This document shows, piece after piece, positions 37,544-47,881 of a DNA stretch of 64,000 nucleotides. Origin of the DNA: a virus (taxonomy: Duplodnaviria > Heunggongvirae > Uroviricota > Caudoviricetes). The position numbers were made by a program, and so were the translations under genes. The DNA lies in IMG/VR virus record IMGVR_UViG_3300031857_000009; one strand, given 5' to 3'. Below the pieces are notes generated by a model that searched no databases, was not told the DNA's origin, and was given only the letters and a program-made list of their open reading frames with translations. Every line of letters begins with the position of its first letter. Within the stretch, counting starts at the first letter, position 1.

Positions 37544-38226
37544 TTATTGAATCTTTTAAATATTTTAATAAAGTCTGACGAATATTTTTCATAGACAGAA
37601 TCTTTCCATTCATGATGTTTACCTGTTGACATGTATGCTTGAATCTCGTCATCAATAATCGTTTTGTCGTCAGAATATCCACCTTTAATTAAAACTTTTT
37701 TCAAATGTTCATAATCTCTATGATTAATATCTCCAATTAAATAATCGACCTCAACTTTGTATTGTGGGTTTGTATAATAAAATCCGTGAGCTATTTCATG
37801 ATTCATTACACCACTTTTTACTTTATCAGCGCCGATAAGATACCAAGAATGTTGTTCACCACGATTCTTTATTCTACACTCTCTTTCACAGTATTCAATA
37901 ATTTCATACATAGTATAATCATATTGGGTTCGAGGTAAACCAAACGTATTTTTTGCCTCTAAAAGAACTTTCGAGGGTATATTATAACCAGTCCAATCGC
38001 TTGGATACGTAAAATGAGGTTTTTTATTTGTATCAATGTACAACTTCATGTATTGTTCTAAAGTGAAAAACTTACCTCTAATCTGTGGGTATGGAGATTC
38101 GTAAAATTCTTGGTATCTACAAAACAAGCTAGACCTATCATATTGGTTTTTAACGATAACAGCAAATATGAAAGGTTTTATTTCTCTCACTTCACCTTCA
38201 ATTAATGAATTTGAAATACGCATCAT
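37540..38226 (-). CDS. putative HExxH zinc metallopeptidase-like protein
   Basis: SGVMNHEIAHGFYY. Confidence 0.4.
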   Translation of the reverse strand: MMRISNSLIEGEVREIKPFIFAVIVKNQYDRSSLFCRYQEFYESPYPQIRGKFFTLEQYMKLYIDTNKKPHFTYPSDWTGYNIPSKVLLEAKNTFGLPRTQYDYTMYEIIEYCERECRIKNRGEQHSWYLIGADKVKSGVMNHEIAHGFYYTNPQYKVEVDYLIGDINHRDYEHLKKVLIKGGYSDDKTIIDDEIQAYMSTGKHHEWKDSVYEKYSSDFIKIFKRFNK

Positions 38227-38284
38227 TTTAAGATTTTTTAGTAAATATAACTATTTTTTTTCAAATTATCACTATATTTGACTT

Positions 38285-38752
38285 GTGAATATATTCTTTC
38301 TTGATAAAGATGTAAAAAAATGTGCCGAATATCATTGCGACAAACACGTTGTGAAAATGATATTGGAAACTGCACAACTTTTGTGTGGGGCTCATCACAT
38401 GACCGAACAAGTAACCGGTCAAGTACCGTACAAGTTGTCACATAAAAATCACCCGTGTTCAATATGGGTAAGAGAATCCTTGACAAACTATCTAATACTC
38501 TGTGAATTGGGTTTAGAACTTTGTAAAGAGTACACTTACCGTTATGGTAAACGTCATAAATCTCAAGAAGTTATTGAGTGGTGTGTCACAAATAAATTAA
38601 AAATTTGTGACAAAGGTTTGACTACACCACCAAAAGCAATGCCAATAGAGTATAAAACAGATTGTGTGATTGAATCTTACAGAAACTACTACAGGGGTGC
38701 AAAATCAAAATTCACAACATGGAAAAATAGAGATGTACCTCCTTGGTTTTAG
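38285..38752 (+). CDS. Cys/His-rich hypothetical protein
   Basis: 155 aa plus-strand ORF with CAEYHCDKH...CGAHH...HKNHPCSIW...CELGLELC. It is preferred over the overlapping 82 aa minus ORF, which has a poor protein-like sequence. Confidence 0.4.
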   Translation: MNIFFLDKDVKKCAEYHCDKHVVKMILETAQLLCGAHHMTEQVTGQVPYKLSHKNHPCSIWVRESLTNYLILCELGLELCKEYTYRYGKRHKSQEVIEWCVTNKLKICDKGLTTPPKAMPIEYKTDCVIESYRNYYRGAKSKFTTWKNRDVPPWF

Positions 38753-38906
38753 TAGAAATTTTGTTCGGTATGTTGTTTATTATCGTCCCAAGTATAATCA
38801 TTATCTGATTCATAATTCTCCTGAATTATTTCATCATTTACAATTGGGTTATCTTCTTTAATGACCTGATTATTAATTTCTTTTGGACTTTTCATGAAAA
38901 TAAATA

Positions 38907-39374
38907 TTAAGGTCCGACAAAATATTTTGACCTCCAAAATTGATACCATTTTCTCTTTTGGATTGGTTTACATTTTGAGAACGGATTGTCCCCAAAATTT
39001 ACTCTTCCTTGATATCTTGAAGATAAAACATTTAAAAATATTTCATGGTATTCAGGTGGTATAGTATTAAAGTCTGCCTTTATTTCAACTCGTAAAGAAA
39101 CTGGTCCCTCATCGTGTTGAACTACCAAATAATCATTTAGGGTGATTATTGTTGATTTTCTAATATTAATCCATTCACCACTAATACCAATATCCTGATT
39201 GTTTTCATTTGATGGGTCAACAACTATCATCTCTTCTTCTTTTTGTGGTTCGACTTTTTGTTTTGTCTTATTCTGTCTCATTTGATAATATGTGGTCAAA
39301 TTCTTCGGCAGCTTTTGGGTTTCTTTCATAGAACATATCATACGCCATCGCGAACCTATTATATTCAGTTTCAA
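38907..39374 (-). CDS. hypothetical protein
   Basis: 155 aa ORF. Confidence 0.4.
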   Translation of the reverse strand: MKLNIIGSRWRMICSMKETQKLPKNLTTYYQMRQNKTKQKVEPQKEEEMIVVDPSNENNQDIGISGEWINIRKSTIITLNDYLVVQHDEGPVSLRVEIKADFNTIPPEYHEIFLNVLSSRYQGRVNFGDNPFSKCKPIQKRKWYQFWRSKYFVGP

Positions 39375-39781
39375 ATAAAAATAGATAGGTTTGTAAACTA
39401 TCCATTTCCTGTTTGGTTCTTGATAGTTCCGTTTTTAATTTATTTTCTCTATGTATGGATTTTTGGAGAAGAATACCCATAGAGATGGCAAACAACATGG
39501 TGAGTACCAAATAAAATTTGATATCTTGAATGAATTTCATGGTTAATACAATTTAAAAGATTTCTTCCGCGATACCGAGTATCTCCGCCACAAAAAATAA
39601 AATTGCCGCAGTTTCTAAATTGGTAAAAAATAAGAAATAACAAGCCACGATTCTCAAACCTGACTTGGCCAAACTTATATTGAAGTGAGAATTAGATTTT
39701 GATTCTTTTGGTTCCATGATTAAGGGGTTTTACCAACCAAATATAGAAAAGAAAAATTTGATTTCCAAAAAAATCCTAAAA

Positions 39782-41185
39782 TTATTTTGAAATATATTCA
39801 TATTTTTCTTTAGTCCATGTCATATTGGAATATTTCATCATTTTTTTTGATATTTCATTTATTGCGGGATTGAAATAAGACTCAACAGGACTATTGGCCT
39901 TACCAAAAGACATTATCAAACTACCTTTTTTATATTCTAAATTAATCTTTGTTCGATTACATTTCATGGAAAGATAGATATAGACCACACCTTTGCTGAA
40001 TTGTTTAGACATACAATTTTTCATCATAAATCCTTCAGTGAAAAAATCCTCTTCGGTTTTGAGTATTTTGGTTTGAAAAACTTTATTGTCAATTATAATG
40101 TCAGATTCTATTTCATTTATGAACTCCTCATTAAATGAATATCTTGTTTTGTAACCCCTTTTAAAATGATTTTTTATGTTTTCAAATTTATTTAAAAGTA
40201 ATTCTACAGAGTCGGAATCGCTCGCATTAAATTTACAGGGGATATTTTTGGATTCTATGAATTCTCGAAGATTCATTAATTTGTTCACCAACTCAACAAA
40301 ATTATCTTTATATAGGTTTGTGGTTTCCCAATCATTAATAACCTTGACCATCATGGATTTTTCTTTATCATTTTTCAAAGTGTGGAATTTTCTGAAATTA
40401 GAATTACGTTTTACAATGTCGTGCCACTTAGTTTGTCTTAAATAATCAACGTAACCATCACCAAAAAGTTTACATAGAAAGCTTAGACTTTTAATATTCA
40501 CATCAAAGTTTTGTGGTTTATTTAATTCAGCAATCAAGTACTTTGATTTAATTCCATACGAATCTAAAATAGAAGGTAAAAATTTATTATCATTTAATTT
40601 TAACCATTTTTTCTGTGGATACTCTTGTTGAATTGTGGTGTAAACAGTATCATGGTATTTTATATTTTTCTTTGATAAATGAAAATCAACTAACAAATCA
40701 TATAGTGGATTAATATAGCATTTCTCTTGATAATTCTTTTCAATATTAAAATTTGACTCAGATTGTATTTTGGATATTAAAATATTAATAATGTCCTGAA
40801 TTGATTTATTATACCTTTTACCCCAATAATCTTTTCTCTTTTCACCCTTGTACATGCCGTTTTCTATTAGTGCAAGTATTGAATCAAAATTATTCTTCTT
40901 TCTATTATTTTTACTTCTACCTTTATCACCTTCACTCACTGAATAGTTTGATAATTGGTAGTAAGTATTTATGTCCCCGTTTTTTAAATTAACCGTGAAC
41001 CCGTGATGGATGGTAAGGATGTTTTTTATTCCGTATCGTAAATAATCGAAAGAAAAATCCGCGATATAGTGTATCAAACTATCATATTGATACAACTGTA
41101 ATTCACAAATCGAAACCGAATTGTTCGTTTTGGATTTTTTGTTTTGATAATGTCTAAGTAACAAATCCATGTATAAAATATACAT
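39782..41185 (-). CDS. PcfJ-like domain protein (paralogue A)
   Basis: C-terminal TEGFMMKNCMSKQFSKGVVYIY aligns with the EGTFMHHCVASYANKE of the neighbouring gene. A shared central block is SILDSYGIKSKY. Confidence 0.4.
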   Translation of the reverse strand: MYILYMDLLLRHYQNKKSKTNNSVSICELQLYQYDSLIHYIADFSFDYLRYGIKNILTIHHGFTVNLKNGDINTYYQLSNYSVSEGDKGRSKNNRKKNNFDSILALIENGMYKGEKRKDYWGKRYNKSIQDIINILISKIQSESNFNIEKNYQEKCYINPLYDLLVDFHLSKKNIKYHDTVYTTIQQEYPQKKWLKLNDNKFLPSILDSYGIKSKYLIAELNKPQNFDVNIKSLSFLCKLFGDGYVDYLRQTKWHDIVKRNSNFRKFHTLKNDKEKSMMVKVINDWETTNLYKDNFVELVNKLMNLREFIESKNIPCKFNASDSDSVELLLNKFENIKNHFKRGYKTRYSFNEEFINEIESDIIIDNKVFQTKILKTEEDFFTEGFMMKNCMSKQFSKGVVYIYLSMKCNRTKINLEYKKGSLIMSFGKANSPVESYFNPAINEISKKMMKYSNMTWTKEKYEYISK

Positions 41186-41208
41186 GGACTAAATTTAATT
41201 ATGTAGTA

Positions 41209-43044
41209 TTAAAACTCTATGTCACCATTCATCAGTTGTTCAAATAAATCAGGTTCTCTTTGGTTGACTTCCTTCCCATTTATTTTAACTTTCACCTTTT
41301 TAATATCAATGTGGTTCAATAATCTTTGTGACGCAAATTTTCTAACTCTTTGTTTTAATATTTCTAATGATTCACCAAAATACTCAGGTGGTAACTTATT
41401 ACAAAAATGTCTCTCCTGAATACAGTCACCTGTTTTTTTGTTAAACTCACATGTTACTCTATCTGAACCACCGTTGGTCCTCAATGAAATTATCATTGAT
41501 GATTCTTTGTTTGCGTAACTGGCAACACAGTGGTGCATAAATGTACCCTCTTCCGAATATTCTTCTTCTCTCTTTAATATCACAGGAGAAAAAATATGAT
41601 TGTCGTTCTCAAATCGAGTCTTTATTTGTTCCTCCACTAATCTCACCATTCTGTTGTCATATTGATATTCGATTGACCAACCCTTTTTGATTAATGAACA
41701 TGTCTTGGATAGTTCAATGTGCTCTGTATGAAAGTCCGTGTAATTTGTTGCCCTCATTTTTATGTTAGGGTCAAATTCACGAATCTTTTCAATCATATCG
41801 AAGTGGTCTTTTATCAAAGTGTATATACCTCGAGTAACCGACGATACTGAATGGTCTCCTGCCGGTTTGGGAATCAGGGAATTTAAAATTTTAATGATAT
41901 TTTCCCTATCAACATTATCAATAAACAGGTGTCGGTGGTGATTTTTAGCACCTCTCAATTCAAGCGGTACCATAGAATGTGCATTACCATTATCTACCAT
42001 AAAAAGATTAAAACATTCACTTTTCAAAGAACCGAGGTATTTTGGATAATCCTTTCCAAGTAAATCACACATACATGAAAACTCTTGTAAATTTAATTTT
42101 GGATTTTCATGGAAAAGTTTCAAGGTAAATTTTGAATTTATTCCGTAACTATCCAAAATAGATTGCATTAATTTTCTCTGATTCTTTTTAAGGTATTTTT
42201 CAGTTGGGTAATGTATTTTAATAAGTGGTACAAAGTCGTTTGGTGTTTTTATTTTTTTCTTTTCCGCAAAGAATTCAATAAAACTAGTTATAAAAAAATG
42301 TTTATCAAATAAGTTTCCAACGTTAGTAGGTAAGTTTGGAATGTGATTTTTAATAACATTTACAAATTCGTGTTCATTAAATGTGTCATCAAATTCCTTA
42401 GCGATTTTAAGATTGTTACTAAACTCTTTTTTTAAATTGAAAAGACTGTTTGAACCCAACAAGATTTCTAACGTAGTAAATGAATTTTTTCTAAATCTTT
42501 TGGATTTTATCTTTCCAAAATTCATATCCCCAATCGTAAAATCTCCCTTCTGTAAATCAATTGTTAACGTCATTACCTTGGAAGATTTACGGAAATATTT
42601 CCAATTAAAATCACGATATCTGGTATTCTTGTAACACCTTATGTAAAGTTTACCTTCTCTAAGTTCTATTGTTCTTTCAAATGTTACAATTTGTATTGAT
42701 GAGAAAGGATTCCCATAATGTCTTTTTAAATGTTTTTCACTTGTTGTGTAACAAGGTTCTTTTGTCAATTTTATGAAAGAAACGTATTCTTTTTCTTTTT
42801 CACCATAAAAATATTTTGTCCTCGCACCCTTTGATGGTCTTGGTTCCAATTTTATGGTTTCAAATTTGGTATCCCTATTTACAACGGGCTCAAGTGTCTT
42901 AACCTGTTCAGTAAATAAAAAATCATCATCCAGTTCTTTACCATCAGATACAACAATTGGTATTGGTCTATCTTCAGACAACATACAATTATCCCTAACT
43001 AAATCTATTCTGAAATAAGAAAATCTTTGTTTGATGAGTTGCAT
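41209..43044 (-). CDS. PcfJ-like domain protein (paralogue B, conserved HCV motif)
   Basis: C-terminal EEGTFMHHCVASY plus the central block SILDSYGINSKF. Pfam PcfJ-like is characterised by an HCV motif (recalled, not searched). Confidence 0.45.
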   Translation of the reverse strand: MQLIKQRFSYFRIDLVRDNCMLSEDRPIPIVVSDGKELDDDFLFTEQVKTLEPVVNRDTKFETIKLEPRPSKGARTKYFYGEKEKEYVSFIKLTKEPCYTTSEKHLKRHYGNPFSSIQIVTFERTIELREGKLYIRCYKNTRYRDFNWKYFRKSSKVMTLTIDLQKGDFTIGDMNFGKIKSKRFRKNSFTTLEILLGSNSLFNLKKEFSNNLKIAKEFDDTFNEHEFVNVIKNHIPNLPTNVGNLFDKHFFITSFIEFFAEKKKIKTPNDFVPLIKIHYPTEKYLKKNQRKLMQSILDSYGINSKFTLKLFHENPKLNLQEFSCMCDLLGKDYPKYLGSLKSECFNLFMVDNGNAHSMVPLELRGAKNHHRHLFIDNVDRENIIKILNSLIPKPAGDHSVSSVTRGIYTLIKDHFDMIEKIREFDPNIKMRATNYTDFHTEHIELSKTCSLIKKGWSIEYQYDNRMVRLVEEQIKTRFENDNHIFSPVILKREEEYSEEGTFMHHCVASYANKESSMIISLRTNGGSDRVTCEFNKKTGDCIQERHFCNKLPPEYFGESLEILKQRVRKFASQRLLNHIDIKKVKVKINGKEVNQREPDLFEQLMNGDIEF

Positions 43045-43113
43045 TTTTGATATTTTTTACAAATATACCACTTTTTTAATGATATCCATATTTATTTTTA
43101 TAAAATTATTAAC

Positions 43114-43266
43114 ATGGCAGCAGGAAAAAGTTCAAAAGGTAAATCATCAAACGCATCTATAAAGGTGAATTTTGGTAAAAGAAGATTAGGTAAAGCTAAA
43201 AAATCTTTTAATAAACACGATAAAAGTGAGAAAAACTACCGTGGACAGGGTAGGAGAACTAATTAA
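43114..43266 (+). CDS. small basic protein (50 aa, below ORF-track cutoff)
   Basis: Manual translation gives MAAGKSSKGKSSNASIKVNFGKRRLGKAKKSFNKHDKSEKNYRGQGRRTN*, which is very Lys/Arg-rich. Confidence 0.35.
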   Translation: MAAGKSSKGKSSNASIKVNFGKRRLGKAKKSFNKHDKSEKNYRGQGRRTN

Positions 43267-43574
43267 AAAATACTCCCCAATAACCCAATTAAAGTATAAG
43301 ATAACTTATACCCTGTGAACGCACCCAATGCCGAAGGGATTGGGAAAACTATCAACTTACCTAAATCTGTAACGTACTTTGGTCGATTAACTATCCGACC
43401 CATGTAATAATAGTAGACAATATAACCGATAAGAACAGCAAAGTCGGTTCTTGTTGCAATAAAAACAACAAGTGTCGCTCCGATGAAACCGAAAGTAAAA
43501 TTGTCTCTAATTCCTTCCCATATCTCATAAGTTGTAGCATTTTTATATTCTTTTACGATTTTACGGAGCTTCAC
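43263..43574 (-). CDS. membrane protein
   Basis: 103 aa with three hydrophobic helices. Confidence 0.4.
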   Translation of the reverse strand: MKLRKIVKEYKNATTYEIWEGIRDNFTFGFIGATLVVFIATRTDFAVLIGYIVYYYYMGRIVNRPKYVTDLGKLIVFPIPSALGAFTGYKLSYTLIGLLGSIF

Positions 43575-43593
43575 TTGTTGTTATTTTATGTTA

Positions 43594-44970
43594 TTACTTA
43601 TCAGAATTCAAGTTACCTTGAATTGACCATGTGAAATCTAATTTAACATCATTCTTAAATAACGATGTGTCCATCATATCAATGTATTGATTTGTGGTGT
43701 ATCCATTCTTACCCGTCATAGTCGACAATGCGTGACATGACATACAGTTTGTTTGCATTCCATACACAAAATCAGGTCTGAATTTGTTTTGTAAACTGAA
43801 AACTTTTGGACCAAATCCACCCTCTAAATAAGGATTGAAAGCAAGTATCGGTCTAGCGTTGTTGTCAGAACCGCCACTCACAGGTTGATTCGGCCAAACC
43901 ATTGCGTATGCTGTACTAACTGCGTAGTGTGAAGCGGCGCCTTTAAGTTCTTTAGGTCTAAGACCTGCTTCAAATTTAGAACTTGGTGAAGGAGGGTTAG
44001 ACGGGTCAGGGCACCAAAAATAAGTTTGCCATGTCCAATTTTTAAATTCTTTTGTTGTTACGTGCATGGCTACCAACAACACATAGTCACCTTCGATAAA
44101 TTGTCTACTTGGTGTAGTTCCAACGTCTTGGTGACTATTGAGATAGTCCGCACCTACTCTATCAATTTTATAATTAATAAAATCATTTACGTTACAGGTC
44201 GCATCTTTAATTTGTTCCTCTGTGGGATTTGATGTTGTTACAGGTACTAACTTTTTATTCGGTTCCTGTTTATTATTAACATCGGCGTAAACCCATTGTT
44301 GCCATTCATTATATCTATACGCTTTGGCCGGATTTGGTGATACCCAAACAGGTACTCTAATCAAACCGTTTTTACTTGGTACACCAGCATAATATGTTGG
44401 TTTGGTGGTGATTGAAGTATTAGGAAATTCAGGTACCGCACCAATTCCATCTTTTACCAAATATTTGTTCAATGACGATTGATTAAATAATTTGTTTGAT
44501 GTTGCAAAATGTGCCGCAGATGGGTCATAAGAAACTGTTTCCAACACAGTGAAGTTTGTGTCAATCTTTTGTCCCGCGAAAAGTTTACCATGTACAAATT
44601 GTTTCGGGATGTTAAGTTCAGTTCTGTTTGATTTTTCCATTGAACTTGAAACTTGACCCTGTGCAGACATTGCAGATAGTTCTTGAACACCCATCCAAGT
44701 TTCAAAAACCAACAATGTTTGACCATTGTATTTTTGTTTTGTTGGTTGAGTAAGTCCAGCCCAAATACCCCACGCGTGATTTACAATACTGGTTGTATCT
44801 TGATTCTCTAACCATCCGTAAATTTTCGTAGAGTCTTCAGGAAAATTGAATCCCGAAATACCTAAGTCCGTTGGGAACTCTTGTGGTTTAATTGTTTTAC
44901 TCGTGTCAGAACATGAGTATACGATTGTAAACAATCCTAAAATTAATAATAGTGTTTTTGTAATTTTCAT
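43594..44970 (-). CDS. secreted lipoprotein with single CxxCH motif
   Basis: Lipobox LLILGLFTIVYSC, and CMSCH near the C-terminus. Confidence 0.5.
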   Translation of the reverse strand: MKITKTLLLILGLFTIVYSCSDTSKTIKPQEFPTDLGISGFNFPEDSTKIYGWLENQDTTSIVNHAWGIWAGLTQPTKQKYNGQTLLVFETWMGVQELSAMSAQGQVSSSMEKSNRTELNIPKQFVHGKLFAGQKIDTNFTVLETVSYDPSAAHFATSNKLFNQSSLNKYLVKDGIGAVPEFPNTSITTKPTYYAGVPSKNGLIRVPVWVSPNPAKAYRYNEWQQWVYADVNNKQEPNKKLVPVTTSNPTEEQIKDATCNVNDFINYKIDRVGADYLNSHQDVGTTPSRQFIEGDYVLLVAMHVTTKEFKNWTWQTYFWCPDPSNPPSPSSKFEAGLRPKELKGAASHYAVSTAYAMVWPNQPVSGGSDNNARPILAFNPYLEGGFGPKVFSLQNKFRPDFVYGMQTNCMSCHALSTMTGKNGYTTNQYIDMMDTSLFKNDVKLDFTWSIQGNLNSDK

Positions 44971-44974
44971 TTTT

Positions 44975-45223
44975 TTATTTGTTTTTATTTTTATTTTCTA
45001 TAACTATGAACTTATTTATTTCGTGAAGAACTTCGGCAGTATCATATCTTACACTATAAACCACGTCCCATATTGTTCTATCATTATAAGAAGGGTGTAA
45101 TCTTGATTGGGCCCATTTTTTGGCTTTATTAAAATCCTCTACTGACCATTTTACTGGTTCAACTATTGTTGGGGAATTTAAACGCCTAAGTTTCATCAAT
45201 AGCAGTTTTAAAAATTTAATCAT
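44975..45223 (-). CDS. hypothetical protein
   Basis: 82 aa ORF. Confidence 0.35.
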   Translation of the reverse strand: MIKFLKLLLMKLRRLNSPTIVEPVKWSVEDFNKAKKWAQSRLHPSYNDRTIWDVVYSVRYDTAEVLHEINKFIVIENKNKNK

Positions 45224-45395
45224 CTATATTTTTCAATTATCTGTTATGTTTTGGTGTATAACCAATAACCAATTGATAACTAAACCAACCAATTATTAAT
45301 TCATAATCACCATTTAACCAACTGTTATATGTTATTTTAACATATGGTAAAATATAAGATTGATATACAACTTTGTCAATACTTATTTTCATAGT

Positions 45396-46721
45396 TTAAT
45401 TACTTAAGGGTGCTTTAATCGATGGGTGTGATTGATAATTTTCGATTTGAAAATCCTTATTTTCCAAATGAGTTATTAAAGATGAGTCTTCAGATAATGA
45501 TTTATAAAATTCATCGGTCTTCATATGTTTTAGTTTGGGTAATTTATAAGGTTCTCTTGTGTATCGTGGTATTTTATATATCTCATAATATTCAGACATA
45601 CCTCCACCAAATGGTGCTAAGTCTTTCAACGCACTTTTATAACCATTAGGACCCATCGCCTCTTTTAACATACCTTCTCTCTCTTCATGTGTATACTTTC
45701 TACCGATTTGTTCTCTTGCTTGTTCAACATGGTTACTATACAAATGAGTATCACCTAAATTACCAATCAACTCATCAGGTACCATATTTACTTCTTTAGC
45801 AATAATCTCAAGTAACAAACCGTAAGAAGCAATATTGAATGGTAGACCTAAGAATGTGTCTACTGAGCGTTGATTCCACATTAAAGAGATTGCTCGTTTA
45901 GGAACTCTTAAACTATCCATGTGAACATCGTGATAATCACTACTTTGATTTAAAGGGTCTTTTGTTGAGTTATAATAATTAATCCTTTCATCTAAACTCA
46001 ACTCTCTCGTATAAACTTGAAATCCATAATGACAAGGTGGAAGAACCATTTGGTCCAGCTCTCCAACATTCCAAGCATTGACCATTAATCGTCTTGAGTC
46101 TGGATTTGTTTTAAGGTCGTTGATTAGGTTTGTGATTTGGTCTATTGAATTGTTTTGGTATTCTATTTTGACACCATACTTGGTAACATCTTCACCGATT
46201 TCAATTGCTTTTAGTACTCTGTGTTGGTCAGAACCTTTTACATCCTTTAAGTCGTAATTAGTCACATTCTTTCTACCCCATCTTCTCCATTGCTTACCAT
46301 ACACAGGTCCGAGGTCACCCCACTTCTTAGCAAACTCATCATCGGTTTTTATTTTGTTGATGAATTCTTCTTTTGTTAATCGAAATCCTAACTCTAACAT
46401 TTTTTCTTTTGACATATTAGGTAAGATTTTGGCATCTTCAATTAGATAGTTCTTATACGCATCACCATCCCAAATATGACAATTGTTATCAACAAGGAAC
46501 TTGATGTTTGTATCACCACGAAGGAACCATAACAATTCGGTTACCATCGTCTTCCACGCCATTTTCTTGGTTGTAAGTAATGGAAACCCATCGGACATTT
46601 TATGACGGATTGTATAACCAAAAATAGATTTGGTTCCTGTACCTGTACGGTCTTTCTTTTCTACCCCATAATCTATAATAGTTTGGAGTAAGTCTGTGTA
46701 TTGTTTATCTAATTTGTTCAT
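45396..46721 (-). CDS. thyA: thymidylate synthase (ThyA) homologue with large insertions
   Basis: RTGTGTKSIFG, LLWFLRGDTN, DLGPVYGKQWR, MVLPPCH (catalytic Cys), LGLPFNIASYGLL and GDTHLYSNH match ThyA. At 441 aa it is about 150 aa longer than canonical ThyA. Confidence 0.8.
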   Translation of the reverse strand: MNKLDKQYTDLLQTIIDYGVEKKDRTGTGTKSIFGYTIRHKMSDGFPLLTTKKMAWKTMVTELLWFLRGDTNIKFLVDNNCHIWDGDAYKNYLIEDAKILPNMSKEKMLELGFRLTKEEFINKIKTDDEFAKKWGDLGPVYGKQWRRWGRKNVTNYDLKDVKGSDQHRVLKAIEIGEDVTKYGVKIEYQNNSIDQITNLINDLKTNPDSRRLMVNAWNVGELDQMVLPPCHYGFQVYTRELSLDERINYYNSTKDPLNQSSDYHDVHMDSLRVPKRAISLMWNQRSVDTFLGLPFNIASYGLLLEIIAKEVNMVPDELIGNLGDTHLYSNHVEQAREQIGRKYTHEEREGMLKEAMGPNGYKSALKDLAPFGGGMSEYYEIYKIPRYTREPYKLPKLKHMKTDEFYKSLSEDSSLITHLENKDFQIENYQSHPSIKAPLSN

Positions 46722-47335
46722 TACTCAAATGTTTGAATTTTTGCGTCTACTTCTTTTAATTCAGACCACGTTCCAAGATACGTAATCGCTCTGACTTTTC
46801 TATTATCAATCCACACATATTCTTGGTCATCTTTGATTCTTGGTTTGTCCATAACCAATCCGTGATATTTAAAACCTTTTTCTTTTAACCATGTTTCGGT
46901 TACTTCACGGTCTTTACTTTCACGAGCGGTAAAAAATGTAATTACATTTCCCTCATCGTACCATTTGTTGATGATACCCAACGCGTTTGGGTAATGGTTA
47001 GCTGTCGGATAAAGATGTGAATCTTCATTTTTAATGTCGTCACAAATTGTCCCATCAATATCAATCAGAAAAACCCGACTAACCATTTTTTGCGTTATTA
47101 TGATGTCAGCAATTGTACTATGAAAAATATCATCGTACATTACTTGACAATTTGTTTTTAAAACATACTCGACTTCATCACCGTCTTTTACATCATATTT
47201 TCCGCTTTTTATTTTTTCTAAAGTTTCTTTTGATGCTTCAAAATTCTTTGATGAATCTTCAGAAACAATAAACCATCCTTCGACACTGTTAATAAGTTCG
47301 TCAGATTTTTTTTGATATATTAATTTACCTTTCAT
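46721..47335 (-). CDS. HAD-family phosphatase with N-terminal extra domain
   Basis: FLIDIDGTI motif I, TFFTAR motif II and WIDNR motif IV. There is a 1-nt overlap with thyA. Confidence 0.5.
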   Translation of the reverse strand: MKGKLIYQKKSDELINSVEGWFIVSEDSSKNFEASKETLEKIKSGKYDVKDGDEVEYVLKTNCQVMYDDIFHSTIADIIITQKMVSRVFLIDIDGTICDDIKNEDSHLYPTANHYPNALGIINKWYDEGNVITFFTARESKDREVTETWLKEKGFKYHGLVMDKPRIKDDQEYVWIDNRKVRAITYLGTWSELKEVDAKIQTFE

Positions 47336-47729
47336 TTCTAACCCATTTTCTATCTGAATTTAATGTAAAAGCACCAATAAAATCGTCACCCCGATTCCAA
47401 TCTTTTGGTGATAATAATGATAATGTATTTACACCATTAAAATTATATAAGTAATATGTTTCACCAACAATTGGGTCAAAAGAAATTTTTGATTCCCAAA
47501 CCATTATTGAATCCACATACTCTCTTTGAAGTTTTTCTATTGATTGAATGATTTCTTCTCTTTGACGATTAAAGACATCAATCATTTTTTTTGAGGACTC
47601 TTTTTTTACGAGACCCACATTAGGTAATTCAAATTTTGGCGAACCGATACTGGTAGGATAATGCTTTCTATTAGCGTCGTACCCATTTGTTTCATCCCAA
47701 ACAACAATATCAGGTTTCTTTTTATTCAT
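47325..47729 (-). CDS. hypothetical protein
   Basis: 134 aa ORF. Confidence 0.4.
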   Translation of the reverse strand: MNKKKPDIVVWDETNGYDANRKHYPTSIGSPKFELPNVGLVKKESSKKMIDVFNRQREEIIQSIEKLQREYVDSIMVWESKISFDPIVGETYYLYNFNGVNTLSLLSPKDWNRGDDFIGAFTLNSDRKWVRNER

Positions 47730-47881
47730 CCTCCAAACCGTCCATTAAAGTTACGTCCCAATCTGAAAAATCGTCACCTAATTCCATACCCAATTTCAAA
47801 TTTTCCAAAAAATTTTTTTCCCATTCCTCATAAGAAAGATTTGAGTTGGGATTTTGTTTAATGTAAATTTTATATTGTCTT

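Noticed and set aside
38238-38486. 82 aa minus-strand ORF
   Set aside because: It overlaps the longer plus-strand Cys/His-rich ORF, and its translation lacks protein-like features.
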